From positions 45,796-71,459 of the forward strand of contig JBDKFG010000036.1 of NCBI GenBank assembly GCA_039798785.1: DNA of 25,664 nt, in the 5' to 3' direction. This document shows, one piece after another, positions 9,704-19,146 of this stretch. Each line of letters opens with the position of its first letter. The stretch's first letter is position 1. Source of the stretch: Verrucomicrobiota bacterium. Lineage in GTDB: Bacteria; Verrucomicrobiota; Lentisphaeria; Lentisphaerales; Lentisphaeraceae. The translations under genes and the position numbers were made by a program. The notes beneath the pieces are model-generated. The model saw only the letters and a list, made by a program, of their open reading frames with translations. It ran no database searches and had not been told where the DNA came from.

Positions 9704-9764
9704 TCATCAATGTTTTGGGGTTAAGGTCAATCTTCGTTCCGGAACTTCTGGTGGCCTTTGAGTT
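9704..9764 (+). promoter_or_regulatory. Putative promoter element, copy 1: TCAATGTTTTGGGGT box followed by GGAAC-N16-GTT
   Basis: Shares a 15-bp exact match, a second TCAAT 20 bp later and a GGAAY-N16-GTT arrangement with 25367-25428 (-). Ends 44 nt before ATG 9809. Confidence 0.5.
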
Positions 9765-9808
9765 TTAATGCTCAGTCACTTAGTATTCAATAAAAAAAGG
9801 AAGAGCCA

Positions 9809-12094
9809 ATGAAATTCGTGCACGGAATCATCTCCCTTGCTCTCGCCATGAGCGTCCAGGCCCAGCAGGGCGACAAGCGGGGCGAGGCAGACAATAAGCT
9901 CATGGATCGCGAAGTCATTCCCGCTGATAAGATCCCCCCGGTGCGGCTCCTGACGCCCCAGGAGGCCTTGGCCGATCTTCAGGCTCCTAAAGGTGTCAAG
10001 CTCAGTGTCGCGGCTGCTGAACCCCTTTGCGTCATGCCTGTTGCCGGCCAATTTGATGCGCGAGGCCGTTTATGGCTGGTCCAGATGCCCACCTTCATGC
10101 TTGATGTTGACGGCAAGGATGAAAGCAAACCCTCGGTTGGCATTGTCTGTTTAGAAGATACTGATGCCGATGGTGTTTTCGATAAAAAGACTGACATCGT
10201 GACCGATGCCAAAGTCGCCCGTGCCGTGCTTCCCTTCAATGATGGCATCCTCTGGGCAGATGAAGAAAAACTGTATTTCCTGGAGATTGGTCCCGACCTC
10301 AAACCTGGCAAGCAGATCGTTGTCGACTCTACATACTCCAAGGGCGGTACCGTAGAGCACTCCTCCAATGGACTGTTGATGCATCAGGATGGCTGGATCT
10401 ATTCCGTCCATACCACACGGAGATATCATCGTCAACCTGATGGCAGCTTCATCCGCGGCGACTCGGAATTCCGTTACCAATGGGGCTTGACCAGTGATCC
10501 CTGGGGGCGCATCTCCAACACCGGCTCGGGTGAATTTGGCAGCATCGAAGGCTTCCTCCCCAGCTTGATGAATGGCAGTCCCTACCTTGGCAACCGCTGG
10601 GCCGGCGTCGCTCTCTCAGACAACATCTGCAAGCCCCGCCGGGTCACCCCGGGAATCAACAGGGCATACCAGCCCGGCATCTTGGATGATCAATACAAAA
10701 TGAAGGAAGCTACCAGCGTTAGCGGCCCGACCTTCTGCTACGGCAAGGCCATGGGTGATTGGCAAGGGCTTTTCATTCCTGAGCCCGCGGCATACTTGGT
10801 CAAATATATCCGTATCGACGCGGACCAGAACGGACACCCCCTGGGTACTCAGCCAATCAAGGATACCGAGTTCCTCACTTCAACAGATGAGCTCTTCCGT
10901 CCAGTCAACTGCGTCGAAGCTCCGGACGGCTCGCTGCTCATTCTTGACATGCACATGGGCATCCTTCAGCACAAGCAATTTGTAACTACGTATCTGCGTA
11001 AGTACATCCTAAAGCACAAGCTTGAGCAATTCACAGGATTCGGCCGCATTTTCCGGGTTCAAGACGAGAAGGCACAGCTGGATTTGACTCGACCCTCGCT
11101 GGATACGGCAGATGCCGAAACCCTCGTCAAGACTCTTTCCCATCCCAGCGCCTGGTGGCGAGACATGGCCAGGCGCCAGATCATTGAGCGCCAAGTCCTA
11201 CAGGCCGTCCCCGCACTTAAGTCCCTGCTGCAAGGTGATGCTCCAGAAACAGCGAAAATCCAAGCTGTGTGGTCGCTGAAGGGGCTGGGGCAGCTCAATG
11301 CAGCAGATATCCGCTCTGCCATCAAGGGTGTCGGCACTTTGGCCCGCGCCAACATGCTCTCCTCAGCTGCTGAATTCAACAGTGATGATATCGCTGCGAT
11401 CGTTCAAGCGCAGGCACCTGTGAACGCCCTTGAAGCCGCGATTCATGCGAGGTTGCTCGCTGGCGCTGGCTGGCCGTGCTGGCCTCAGTTGAATCAACTC
11501 TTGAATCAATGGTCTGGCAAGAGATGGGTCGATGAAGCCGCGATTGCGGGCTTACGCACCGATGCTGATGCTTTCCTCAAGCACAGTACAGCAGATGCCT
11601 TTAAAGCCAAACTGCAAAAAGGAATTGACAAGATCCGTGCTGAAGAGGAAAAGCGCAAGAAGGCATCGTCAGGCCCCAAGCTCAAGGGAGATGAGTTGGC
11701 TCTGTTCCACGCGGGGAAGGCCCAGTTCGCGATCTGTGCAGGATGCCATGGAGCCGATGGCCGCGGTATCGCCACGCTTGGCGCGCCCTTGGCCGGCTCC
11801 GAATGGGTCACCGGAGATGAAACACGCTTGCTCAAGGTCCTGCTCGCTGGCCTCCGCGGGCCGATCACCGTGAAAGGCGAAAAACTCTCTTTGCCGGTTG
11901 AAATGCCCGGCTCGATGCAGAACCCCGCCATGGACGACAAGGCATTGGCGGCTATTGCTACTTACATTCGCAACGAATGGGGTAACCAAGCTCCTGCCGT
12001 CAAACCTGAAGCAGTGAGCAAAGTCCGTGCAGCGCTTCAAAAGCGTGGAGCCATCGCCTATACGGAAGATGAACTCTCCCCCGATAAATATTAA
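9809..12094 (+). CDS. PVC-type dehydrogenase-like protein: beta-propeller + HEAT + C-terminal cytochrome c
   Basis: Signal peptide (VQA/QQ). Motifs FDARGRLW, LEDTDADGVFDK, FRPVN...PDGSL..DM..G, LSHPSAWWRDMARR, CAGCHGADG, PLAGSEWV, EMP and TYIRNEWGN. Confidence 0.9.
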   Translation: MKFVHGIISLALAMSVQAQQGDKRGEADNKLMDREVIPADKIPPVRLLTPQEALADLQAPKGVKLSVAAAEPLCVMPVAGQFDARGRLWLVQMPTFMLDVDGKDESKPSVGIVCLEDTDADGVFDKKTDIVTDAKVARAVLPFNDGILWADEEKLYFLEIGPDLKPGKQIVVDSTYSKGGTVEHSSNGLLMHQDGWIYSVHTTRRYHRQPDGSFIRGDSEFRYQWGLTSDPWGRISNTGSGEFGSIEGFLPSLMNGSPYLGNRWAGVALSDNICKPRRVTPGINRAYQPGILDDQYKMKEATSVSGPTFCYGKAMGDWQGLFIPEPAAYLVKYIRIDADQNGHPLGTQPIKDTEFLTSTDELFRPVNCVEAPDGSLLILDMHMGILQHKQFVTTYLRKYILKHKLEQFTGFGRIFRVQDEKAQLDLTRPSLDTADAETLVKTLSHPSAWWRDMARRQIIERQVLQAVPALKSLLQGDAPETAKIQAVWSLKGLGQLNAADIRSAIKGVGTLARANMLSSAAEFNSDDIAAIVQAQAPVNALEAAIHARLLAGAGWPCWPQLNQLLNQWSGKRWVDEAAIAGLRTDADAFLKHSTADAFKAKLQKGIDKIRAEEEKRKKASSGPKLKGDELALFHAGKAQFAICAGCHGADGRGIATLGAPLAGSEWVTGDETRLLKVLLAGLRGPITVKGEKLSLPVEMPGSMQNPAMDDKALAAIATYIRNEWGNQAPAVKPEAVSKVRAALQKRGAIAYTEDELSPDKY

Positions 12095-12172
12095 AATAAA
12101 CAATGTAGTCCAATATATAAGCTGGGCACCTTCGATTAGAGAGGAGTGACGTGACGCTATTGCTTGACCGCC

Positions 12173-12961
12173 TTAGTGGTGCATAGTACAGATATGTTCC
12201 GCAGACGCCCTATCTAAAAAGAGCCTTGCATGTGCGCAGTGCCGCAAGATGGACCCGGGGCGATCGGGAGAGATATCCAAAGTCATGCAATCGCGAACGG
12301 CATTGGCTTTGCGGCTTTCCGGAACTATGCACAAAATAGCTCGGGGAGACAATAAAGCCGGTACAGTTAAAGTCAGTGCATGAGTCGGCACGGATTGAAG
12401 GGAAGGGAAATGGGCCTCGCCGACTTGTTGACGACGGCTCACTTCGTCCAAACGGATCGGCTTAATCCAGACCGGGTCATCAAAATCCGCGTACGGAGGA
12501 TCATTAAAGGCGATATGACCATTTTCACCGAGTCCTAAGGCGACAAGATCAGCCGGATACCGGTGAAGCAAGTCTGCGTACTGGGCACAAACGGTTTCGA
12601 TGGATGCGGCTTCCGGACAAATAGCGTGGAAGTCCAAAGGAGACGGTATAAAATCAAGCAGATGACGCTGCAAAAAAAGCGGGAAACTGGCGGGATGGCC
12701 TTTACTCAAATTGATGTATTCATCCATGTGGAAAATGCGCACCTGACTCCAGGGGATGGCAGGGATGACCCGCAGAGCCTGCAAGAAGGTAAGCTGGGAA
12801 TTGGCACAGGCAAAAATGACGTTGGCCTCACCTCGTTGGGCGATGGCATTTTGGATGATGCTGGCTGCCTGCTCTGCGGCTGCGCGCCCCATGGCCTCGT
12901 TGTCAGCATGAATTTCTACAGCAAGTAAATCAAATTGCTTGGTGAGTACGGGTTGTGACAT
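12173..12961 (-). CDS. nagB: Glucosamine-6-phosphate deaminase/isomerase family protein (NagB-like)
   Basis: Motifs FHMDEY, GLGENGHIAFNDPP, SRRQQVGE.HF and VPTHALTLTVP. Confidence 0.82.
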   Translation of the reverse strand: MSQPVLTKQFDLLAVEIHADNEAMGRAAAEQAASIIQNAIAQRGEANVIFACANSQLTFLQALRVIPAIPWSQVRIFHMDEYINLSKGHPASFPLFLQRHLLDFIPSPLDFHAICPEAASIETVCAQYADLLHRYPADLVALGLGENGHIAFNDPPYADFDDPVWIKPIRLDEVSRRQQVGEAHFPSLQSVPTHALTLTVPALLSPRAILCIVPESRKANAVRDCMTLDISPDRPGSILRHCAHARLFLDRASAEHICTMHH

Positions 12962-12976
12962 GAGATTTATCCAAAT

Positions 12977-13645
12977 TTAGGGGAGTTCAGTGATGTGGAT
13001 CTTGCGGAAATGGTAGGTTCTTCCCGGGGGGCCGTTATGGGCTTGGAGCGCAATGAATCCTTCCGTGGCGCCTTGGGGGTCGACGAGATCGACGGCTGGC
13101 GAGTGATTGAGCCAAGTCCTAACGCGGGGACCTTCGCAGACGATCCGCAGATGGTTCCATTCGCCGTGGCGGAAGTTCTGACCTCCAGCAAATTTACCTT
13201 CCATTCCAGCATTCTTTTTAGGTTGGAGCCAGCCGCGACCTTGCCCTTCTTCGTAGATGCCGGCGGTCCATGCGCGGGAGCTGGGGTCGATCTCGCATTG
13301 CCAACCGGTGATGGAATCACGACCTTTGGGATCTTTCTTCACGCAGCTGCGCAGCTGGATACCGGAGTTCATGTAAACGCCGTCCTTCTCGTCCAGCTTG
13401 AATTCCAGTTCAAGCTCAAAATTGCGGTAGGACTTGTCGCTGCACAAAAAGGAGTCGGCTCCCTGGGGGGAGGTTGCGGTGACGACACCATCCTTGATCT
13501 GGTAGTTCTTGAGATCGCCAAGCAATGATTTCACCGTCCACCCCTCAAAAGAGTCCTCGCTGAGTAGCGGGACTTGACGAGGTGCGCTGGTGCAAGCGGC
13601 GAGATTGGCGATGACGATCGCCGAGAAAGCGAGTTTACTGAACAT
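12977..13645 (-). CDS. DUF1080 / 3-keto-disaccharide hydrolase family lipoprotein
   Basis: Motifs FEGW, YRNFELELEFK, NSGIQLRS, GWQCEID, GEWNHLRI and GFIALQAH...FRKI. Start placed at ATG 13645 (MFSKLAF...LAAC lipobox) rather than 13687. Confidence 0.9.
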   Translation of the reverse strand: MFSKLAFSAIVIANLAACTSAPRQVPLLSEDSFEGWTVKSLLGDLKNYQIKDGVVTATSPQGADSFLCSDKSYRNFELELEFKLDEKDGVYMNSGIQLRSCVKKDPKGRDSITGWQCEIDPSSRAWTAGIYEEGQGRGWLQPKKNAGMEGKFAGGQNFRHGEWNHLRIVCEGPRVRTWLNHSPAVDLVDPQGATEGFIALQAHNGPPGRTYHFRKIHITELP

Positions 13646-13695
13646 GTGTTTTACCTGATTGGTTTGGAAAGATTGGTTGAAGGTCAAGTTGTGGA

Positions 13696-16140
13696 TTACG
13701 GAGTGCTGATGGGCGTGACATCACGACTTTCGCCATTGACAAGGACGTGGACGCGGGCGGCTTTATCGAGGGCGCGGTCGGCGACGATGCGATAATCAGT
13801 GACTTTGCCGTCTTCCCAGCTCAGGTCGACGAGGTAGCCTCCTGTGGCTCGGAGACCCTTTACTGAGCCCTTGGCCCAGGCCTTGGGGAGCGCAGGCAGA
13901 AGGTGGAGGACAGGCCGTCCTTCGATCGATCTATGAGACTGGAGCAGCATTTCCGCAATGGCGGCGGTGCCGCCGAAATTCCCGTCGATCTGGAAGGGCG
14001 GATGAAGGCAGAAGAGGTTGGGCGCACTGCGACTGATGAGCATCGACAGAAGTTTGTGGGCGCGCTCGCCATCGTGCAGGCGTGCCCAGAAGCAAGTCTT
14101 CCAAGCCATCGACCATCCTGTGGAGGCATCGCCCCGGCGTTCGAGTGTGACGCGGGCGGCCTTGAAGAGTTCGGGGGTGGCTGGAGTGATCTGATTTGAG
14201 GGGTGGAGCCCGTAGAGGTGTGAGACATGGCGATGATGCGGTTCGGCTTCATCATAATCTTGTAGCCATTCCTGAAGCTGACCGTGTTTGCCGACCTGGT
14301 GGGGTGCAAGCCGGGCGGCTGCGGCACAGAGCCGTTGGGCGAATTCTTCGTCCTTTCCAAGAATACGAGCGGCTGTGGCGGTGTTGGTGAAGAGCTCACG
14401 GTAGATCTGCATGTCCATAGTCGGGCCCATGCAGGTGTGAGCGCTGCGACCGTCGGGTAGCTTGAAGGCGTTCTCGGGGGAATTGGATGGGGCGGTCACC
14501 AGCCATTTGTTCTGGGGTTCTTCGATCAGAAAATCCAGTCCGAATTCCGAAGCGCCTTTAAGGATGGGATAGGCCCATTCGAGGTAGGTTTTGTCTTGAT
14601 TATAGGCGTAATGATTCCAGATGTGCCAGCAGAGCCAGGGGCTGCCGGAGGTGGTGGCACCCCAGCTGGCGCTTTCGCCCGGGGAGGTGAAGCCCCAGGG
14701 ATTGGAGACGACATGGGCGACCCATCCTTTCGCGCCATAATAGGCTTTGGCGGTTTTCTCACCCGGGCCTACCAGGGACTTGATGTATCGGAGTAGAGGC
14801 TGATGACATTCGCTGAGGTTGGTGGATTCAGCCGCCCAGTAATTCATTTGCAGATTGATGTCCAGATGGAAATCGCCATTCCAGGCAGTCTGAGTCTCTT
14901 CGGCCCAAATTCCTTGCAGATGCGAGGGGAGGGGGCTGTCCGGGCGCGAGCTATTGATCATCAGATAGCGGCCATATTGGAAGTAGAGGGCGGCGAGCTG
15001 TGGATCAGCGGTTTTCTCGGCCTTCTTGCGGCGTTCGTCGGTGGGCAGAGCGTTGGCATCGCTGCTGCCGAGATCAAGCTGACAGCGGTGGAAATAAGAC
15101 TGGTATTCCTTGAGGTGCTCCCTGCGGAAGGATTCAAGCGGCTTGGCGGCAGCCGCCTGGACTTGGCGCGCGCTGGTGGCGAGGAAATCCTTGTCAATCA
15201 TATCGGTACCGGCGCTGATGTAGATGGCGACTTCATCGGCGCCTTCGACCTTGAGTTGACCATCTTTGCTGTTCACCGTGCCGCCTTTGGCGACGACTCG
15301 GCTGCGTCCGATGAAGCGAAGGCCCTTGCCATCGGGCTTGCCGTTGCCAAGCTGGCCTTCGATGACGATTTGATTCTGATCTTCACTGCGAGCTTGCGCG
15401 CGCTGCAGAGTTCCAGATTTCTTGTCGGCTTTGATCGGCCCCCATGAGCCTGGCTGGCGCGTGTACTCGGCACTGAATGAGATTCGGCCGGGCTGATCCG
15501 CCTTGAGAATGAGGACCATGGCTTGGTCAGGCGCACTCGCAATCAACTCACGGGAGTAGCGGACTCCCCCCAGCCGGTACTCGACAAAGGTGCTGGCGCT
15601 GTCGAGATCAAGCCAGCGCCGATAGTCTTCAACCACACCTGATTGGCCATTGAAGTCAAGCCAAAGTGTTCCGAGGACCTGGGAGCAGCCGAAGGGGCCG
15701 TGATCGCCAGCGTTGCCATGAGAAGATCCAGGTCCTTGGCAGGTGAAATTCTTGTTTAAAAGGGCCTCGGCTTCTGCATTTTTACCTTCGAGAAGGAGCT
15801 TGCGGATTTCGGGCAAGGTTTTCCATGCGTCAGGTCGGTCGCCATCATAGGGGCTGCCTGACCACACGGTTTGCTCATTGATGACGAGCTTTTCTTGGCC
15901 AACACCCCCGAAAAGCATGCCGCCGAGCCGACCGTTCCCCACTGGGGATGATTCGTAGTAGTTGCCGGCCGGTCTGCGGCTCCAGATCGACAGAGGCTGG
16001 GCCGGAGCCGGAGCCTCGCCTTTGAAAGTGAAGCCGCCAGCCTCTTGACCGGCGGATGGCACCTGAGCGCGCTCCTGCGCGTCCAAGACGGATGCGTTAC
16101 TGGTGGCAATCATGCCTCCGATCACGAGAGATCTAATCAT
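13696..16140 (-). CDS. Glycoside hydrolase family 95 (alpha-L-fucosidase / alpha-L-galactosidase-like)
   Basis: Motifs [31 protein letters not shown] [31 protein letters not shown] and [22 protein letters not shown]. Confidence 0.95.
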   Translation of the reverse strand: MIRSLVIGGMIATSNASVLDAQERAQVPSAGQEAGGFTFKGEAPAPAQPLSIWSRRPAGNYYESSPVGNGRLGGMLFGGVGQEKLVINEQTVWSGSPYDGDRPDAWKTLPEIRKLLLEGKNAEAEALLNKNFTCQGPGSSHGNAGDHGPFGCSQVLGTLWLDFNGQSGVVEDYRRWLDLDSASTFVEYRLGGVRYSRELIASAPDQAMVLILKADQPGRISFSAEYTRQPGSWGPIKADKKSGTLQRAQARSEDQNQIVIEGQLGNGKPDGKGLRFIGRSRVVAKGGTVNSKDGQLKVEGADEVAIYISAGTDMIDKDFLATSARQVQAAAAKPLESFRREHLKEYQSYFHRCQLDLGSSDANALPTDERRKKAEKTADPQLAALYFQYGRYLMINSSRPDSPLPSHLQGIWAEETQTAWNGDFHLDINLQMNYWAAESTNLSECHQPLLRYIKSLVGPGEKTAKAYYGAKGWVAHVVSNPWGFTSPGESASWGATTSGSPWLCWHIWNHYAYNQDKTYLEWAYPILKGASEFGLDFLIEEPQNKWLVTAPSNSPENAFKLPDGRSAHTCMGPTMDMQIYRELFTNTATAARILGKDEEFAQRLCAAAARLAPHQVGKHGQLQEWLQDYDEAEPHHRHVSHLYGLHPSNQITPATPELFKAARVTLERRGDASTGWSMAWKTCFWARLHDGERAHKLLSMLISRSAPNLFCLHPPFQIDGNFGGTAAIAEMLLQSHRSIEGRPVLHLLPALPKAWAKGSVKGLRATGGYLVDLSWEDGKVTDYRIVADRALDKAARVHVLVNGESRDVTPISTP

Positions 16141-16172
16141 GTTATGACCTTATATGGGTTAGACGTGAGGTG

Positions 16173-17576
16173 TTATTTCATCAGGCCACGATCAACGGCC
16201 TTTTTAACAAAAGCTGCTCCTTGATCAGCAGTAAGCTGAACTGCTCCGCCGGATTTCTGAGCCGAATCCAGAATGGCCTTCGCCTCGACATCGCCTGCAA
16301 GAGCCAAAGCCTGGATGGCTTGACTGATCTTCCGCGGGTCGAGCCCTGCCGGGAGTGCTTGGAGAAGACCTTTCTCTCTCGCCTTGGCAACAATAGCCCC
16401 TGCCTCCTCCGGGCTCATCGGCACAGCTCCCCCGCTTTGCGCCTTGGCCAGAATCTTCTTGGCATCCTCATCTCCATGAGCAGCCAGTGCATAGAGTGCC
16501 TGGGTGACAACCTGGCCATCCGTTACGGGTTCAATAGCATGCTGACGAGAAGCCTGCGTCAAATACATCTTGCCATTTTTGCAGTCCAGGATGGCCTTGC
16601 TGCGCAGCATCTGATCAAGCCCCAAAATACCTGAAGTGGGCAATGGTTTGCCATGGGCATCTTTGACATCAGTTCCAAACTGGCCCATGTCGACCGCATA
16701 GGCCGTTATGCCGTCAAAATTGATTTCCCCTCCCTCAAGACGGACATGTTCCAGCTTAGCTGCAGGCATGGCCACGGGTTTGCCGTCGGCACCAGTGGCG
16801 ACGACATTGGAGTCGACAAGAGGGATCTTATGGGTCTTGGCAAAAGCTTTCGCCAATACCGTGGCTTGTGCACCGGTGTCCACAATCATGACAGATGGCT
16901 GACCATTGATCTCCAACTTTACCCCCCAGATGAAGGTGTTGCCGAAGGTCAGTTTGTGCAGGGGGATTTCCTGATAACCAGGAGGGCAATGGACCGGATT
17001 GATCGAAAACGTTTGATCTTGCAGATTCACTACTGCACCGGCTGCCGCCAACTCAGCCATGCCAATGACACCAAATGAGGAGCCGAGTCCGGGGATATCA
17101 TGTTCTTGAAGCGGCATGAAAATATGATCGCCGGTCAGTGATTTGAAGGCAGAATCAGGAAGGCCGACAACAGTTCCTTTGATTTTTGCCCGACGAGCTT
17201 CCGTCTCCCCCCCAATGCCCAAACGCTTCTCACCTGTCGGAACAGGCTTGACTTTGAGCAATTGCGCACGGTCATTGGCGATTAAAGTTTCACCAGAGCC
17301 ACTATCCACCATCAAACACCCCTTGATCCCGTTGATTTCGACAGGGATATGCGTAAGACCATGAAGCTTGAGTGGGATTGAGGTGCTGGAGACGGCATTA
17401 AGAGCGGGCTTCGAGACAGCGGGCGGAGTGGGCGTTGAGACAGCGGGCGGAGTGGGCGTTGAGACAGCGGGCGGAGTGGGCGGAGTAGATTTTGAGGCAT
17501 CGGCACTAGTACAGCTATGCGTCAGTGTAGCGGCGAGGAGGAGAGCGGCGGAGAGAACTGGGGTGATTTTTTGCAT
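16173..17576 (-). CDS. Double-domain retropepsin-like aspartic protease, probable lipoprotein, with Pro/Thr linker and two C-terminal helical repeats
   Basis: Two clan-AA-like units: VEING..GCLMVDSGS...GVIG and LEINGQP..MIVDTGA...GILG. Signal peptide ending THSC. Two roughly 49-aa repeats at the C-terminus. Confidence 0.87.
   Translation of the reverse strand: MQKITPVLSAALLLAATLTHSCTSADASKSTPPTPPAVSTPTPPAVSTPTPPAVSKPALNAVSSTSIPLKLHGLTHIPVEINGIKGCLMVDSGSGETLIANDRAQLLKVKPVPTGEKRLGIGGETEARRAKIKGTVVGLPDSAFKSLTGDHIFMPLQEHDIPGLGSSFGVIGMAELAAAGAVVNLQDQTFSINPVHCPPGYQEIPLHKLTFGNTFIWGVKLEINGQPSVMIVDTGAQATVLAKAFAKTHKIPLVDSNVVATGADGKPVAMPAAKLEHVRLEGGEINFDGITAYAVDMGQFGTDVKDAHGKPLPTSGILGLDQMLRSKAILDCKNGKMYLTQASRQHAIEPVTDGQVVTQALYALAAHGDEDAKKILAKAQSGGAVPMSPEEAGAIVAKAREKGLLQALPAGLDPRKISQAIQALALAGDVEAKAILDSAQKSGGAVQLTADQGAAFVKKAVDRGLMK
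17413..17482. repeat. 24-bp tandem repeat, about 2.9 exact copies, encoding (TPTPPAVS)n
   Basis: GAGACAGCGGGCGGAGTGGGCGTT at 17413 and 17437, partial copy at 17461. Confidence 0.95.
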
Positions 17577-17610
17577 TTTTTAAATCCTATTTTTATGGTG
17601 AAAATTTTAA

Positions 17611-17662
17611 TGTTGACTCGGTGAGTGCTAGTGGTTTGCAATTAGCACGTACTGAGTCAGCA
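17611..17662. other. Imperfect intergenic inverted repeat (12-bp + 8-bp stems, 8-nt loop)
   Basis: TGTTGACTCGGT pairs with ACTGAGTCAGCA, and GTGCTAGT pairs with ATTAGCAC. The three non-Watson-Crick pairs are all G-U on the + strand. Confidence 0.65.
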
Positions 17663-17703
17663 ATGCGGCGTAAAAAAATAATCATGAAAAACTTCCTTGA
17701 GGA

Positions 17704-19146
17704 TTATTTTTGAGGATTGAAGGTTTCGATTGGGAGAGCCGCAGCCGTTTGCCTTCGCAGGTCTTGCCAAAAGGGCTGGTCGGCCATGAAGCCGCCGTGG
17801 TCGGAATTGGGAATCAAGGTGTATATGAGGCCTTGGCCGCAGGTTTTTTGCATGTCTTGGTAGGCTGCGGGGGGGCTGATGGTATCGAATTCACCGGAGT
17901 ACAGACGAAAAGTGATCGAGGGGTGTTCCCGAAGATTGGCGGCAATTTTCTTGGGATCAAGTGATTTTGCCGGGCCAAAATCGAGGGTGTCGGCGAGATG
18001 GAAGGCTGGGGAACTCAAAGAATTGTGGGCGAGGGCTTCTTCGCCGATGAGCCAGAGGCGGGGGTCATCGCCCTCGGCTGCGAGTTTCTGGAAGAGGCCT
18101 TGATAGAAGGCGCTGAGGGATTGCCGCCCGGCGCCGTAGCCTTCGAGGCGATTAAAAATGATGTTGAGCGTGCCGGAGGGGCGATGGAAGTTCAAAACGT
18201 CGATGTTGACTTGGCGGACAGTGGCGATCAGCTCCTTTTCATTGACCTGGTCCTTGGGGCAGAGGCGGCGAAGGAGATTATCGAGCGACTTGCCGTCTGG
18301 CGTGAGGTGAAGCAGCCCGACGAGGCCGAGCATGTGCTCTCCTTTGCAGGTCAGGCCCGCAACGGTGAAGGCGCTGGGATTTTTTTGCAGATGCTGCCTG
18401 ATGAGCTTGAGTCGTCTGGCTCCCTCTGGTTGACGGATGAGGAATTGTTTGAGCAAAGCGCCGTGGCTGCGGAGCCGCAGTTCGGGCCAAAGCGCGGCAT
18501 TTTGAGAGGGGGCGACGCCGTGCAGGTGCAGACTGGTGATGGATGCCGGAGCAAGTTCGAGGTAGCGGTGGCCGATGAAGGAGCCGAAGCTTTGGCCGAC
18601 GACGGCCCAGGCTGTCTTGTCGCCGTAAAGGCTGCGGCGTAATGCTTCAGAGTCTTTGACGATGTCGCTGCTGAGGTAGTGGGCGAGACGGCGGATGCTG
18701 GCTTCATCGGAAGCTTCCGGGAAAGGGCTTGAGCAGCCGGTGCCGCGTTGGTGGATGACGATGAAGTCGCGTTGCGGATCGCGGCCCATGAGATTGAGGG
18801 CGCTGCCGGGACCGAGACACATTCCGGGACCGCCGTTGAAATAGATGGCGGGGGGGAGGCTGGGTGTTTGCGGGTTCGCCTTCAGGCGCATGTAAAAGAT
18901 CCGGATGCGACGGGAATCCGGCTGGCTCCAGTCCTCTGGCGTTTCGATCCAACCGTAGTCAAAGACCCGCGCAAATTGCGGGGTCTTTGGCATTTGGTCG
19001 ATGATGGCCTTCTGTTCGGCGTTGAGGCTGGGCAAGACCTCATCGGCTTTCAAGACTCGTGCAGGCGTTGAGGCCAGGGCATCGAGCGTCTGGCCAGCTG
19101 CCTGGAGGCAGACGGCGAGTAGAAAGCTGAAGAGAAGAGACTTCAT
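17704..19146 (-). CDS. Secreted alpha/beta hydrolase, prolyl-aminopeptidase (S33)-like
   Basis: Signal peptide, YFNGGPG oxyanion motif, QRGTG.S, GQSFG nucleophile elbow, SGEFD acid and DHG histidine. Start overlaps the upstream stop (ATGA). Confidence 0.87.
   Translation of the reverse strand: MKSLLFSFLLAVCLQAAGQTLDALASTPARVLKADEVLPSLNAEQKAIIDQMPKTPQFARVFDYGWIETPEDWSQPDSRRIRIFYMRLKANPQTPSLPPAIYFNGGPGMCLGPGSALNLMGRDPQRDFIVIHQRGTGCSSPFPEASDEASIRRLAHYLSSDIVKDSEALRRSLYGDKTAWAVVGQSFGSFIGHRYLELAPASITSLHLHGVAPSQNAALWPELRLRSHGALLKQFLIRQPEGARRLKLIRQHLQKNPSAFTVAGLTCKGEHMLGLVGLLHLTPDGKSLDNLLRRLCPKDQVNEKELIATVRQVNIDVLNFHRPSGTLNIIFNRLEGYGAGRQSLSAFYQGLFQKLAAEGDDPRLWLIGEEALAHNSLSSPAFHLADTLDFGPAKSLDPKKIAANLREHPSITFRLYSGEFDTISPPAAYQDMQKTCGQGLIYTLIPNSDHGGFMADQPFWQDLRRQTAAALPIETFNPQK

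Noticed and set aside
12095..12172. Expected bidirectional terminator between the convergent blocks
   Set aside because: No convincing GC stem with U-tracts could be found.
17413..17482. Possible CRISPR-like repeat
   Set aside because: Head-to-tail repeats without spacers, in frame within a CDS, and no cas genes.
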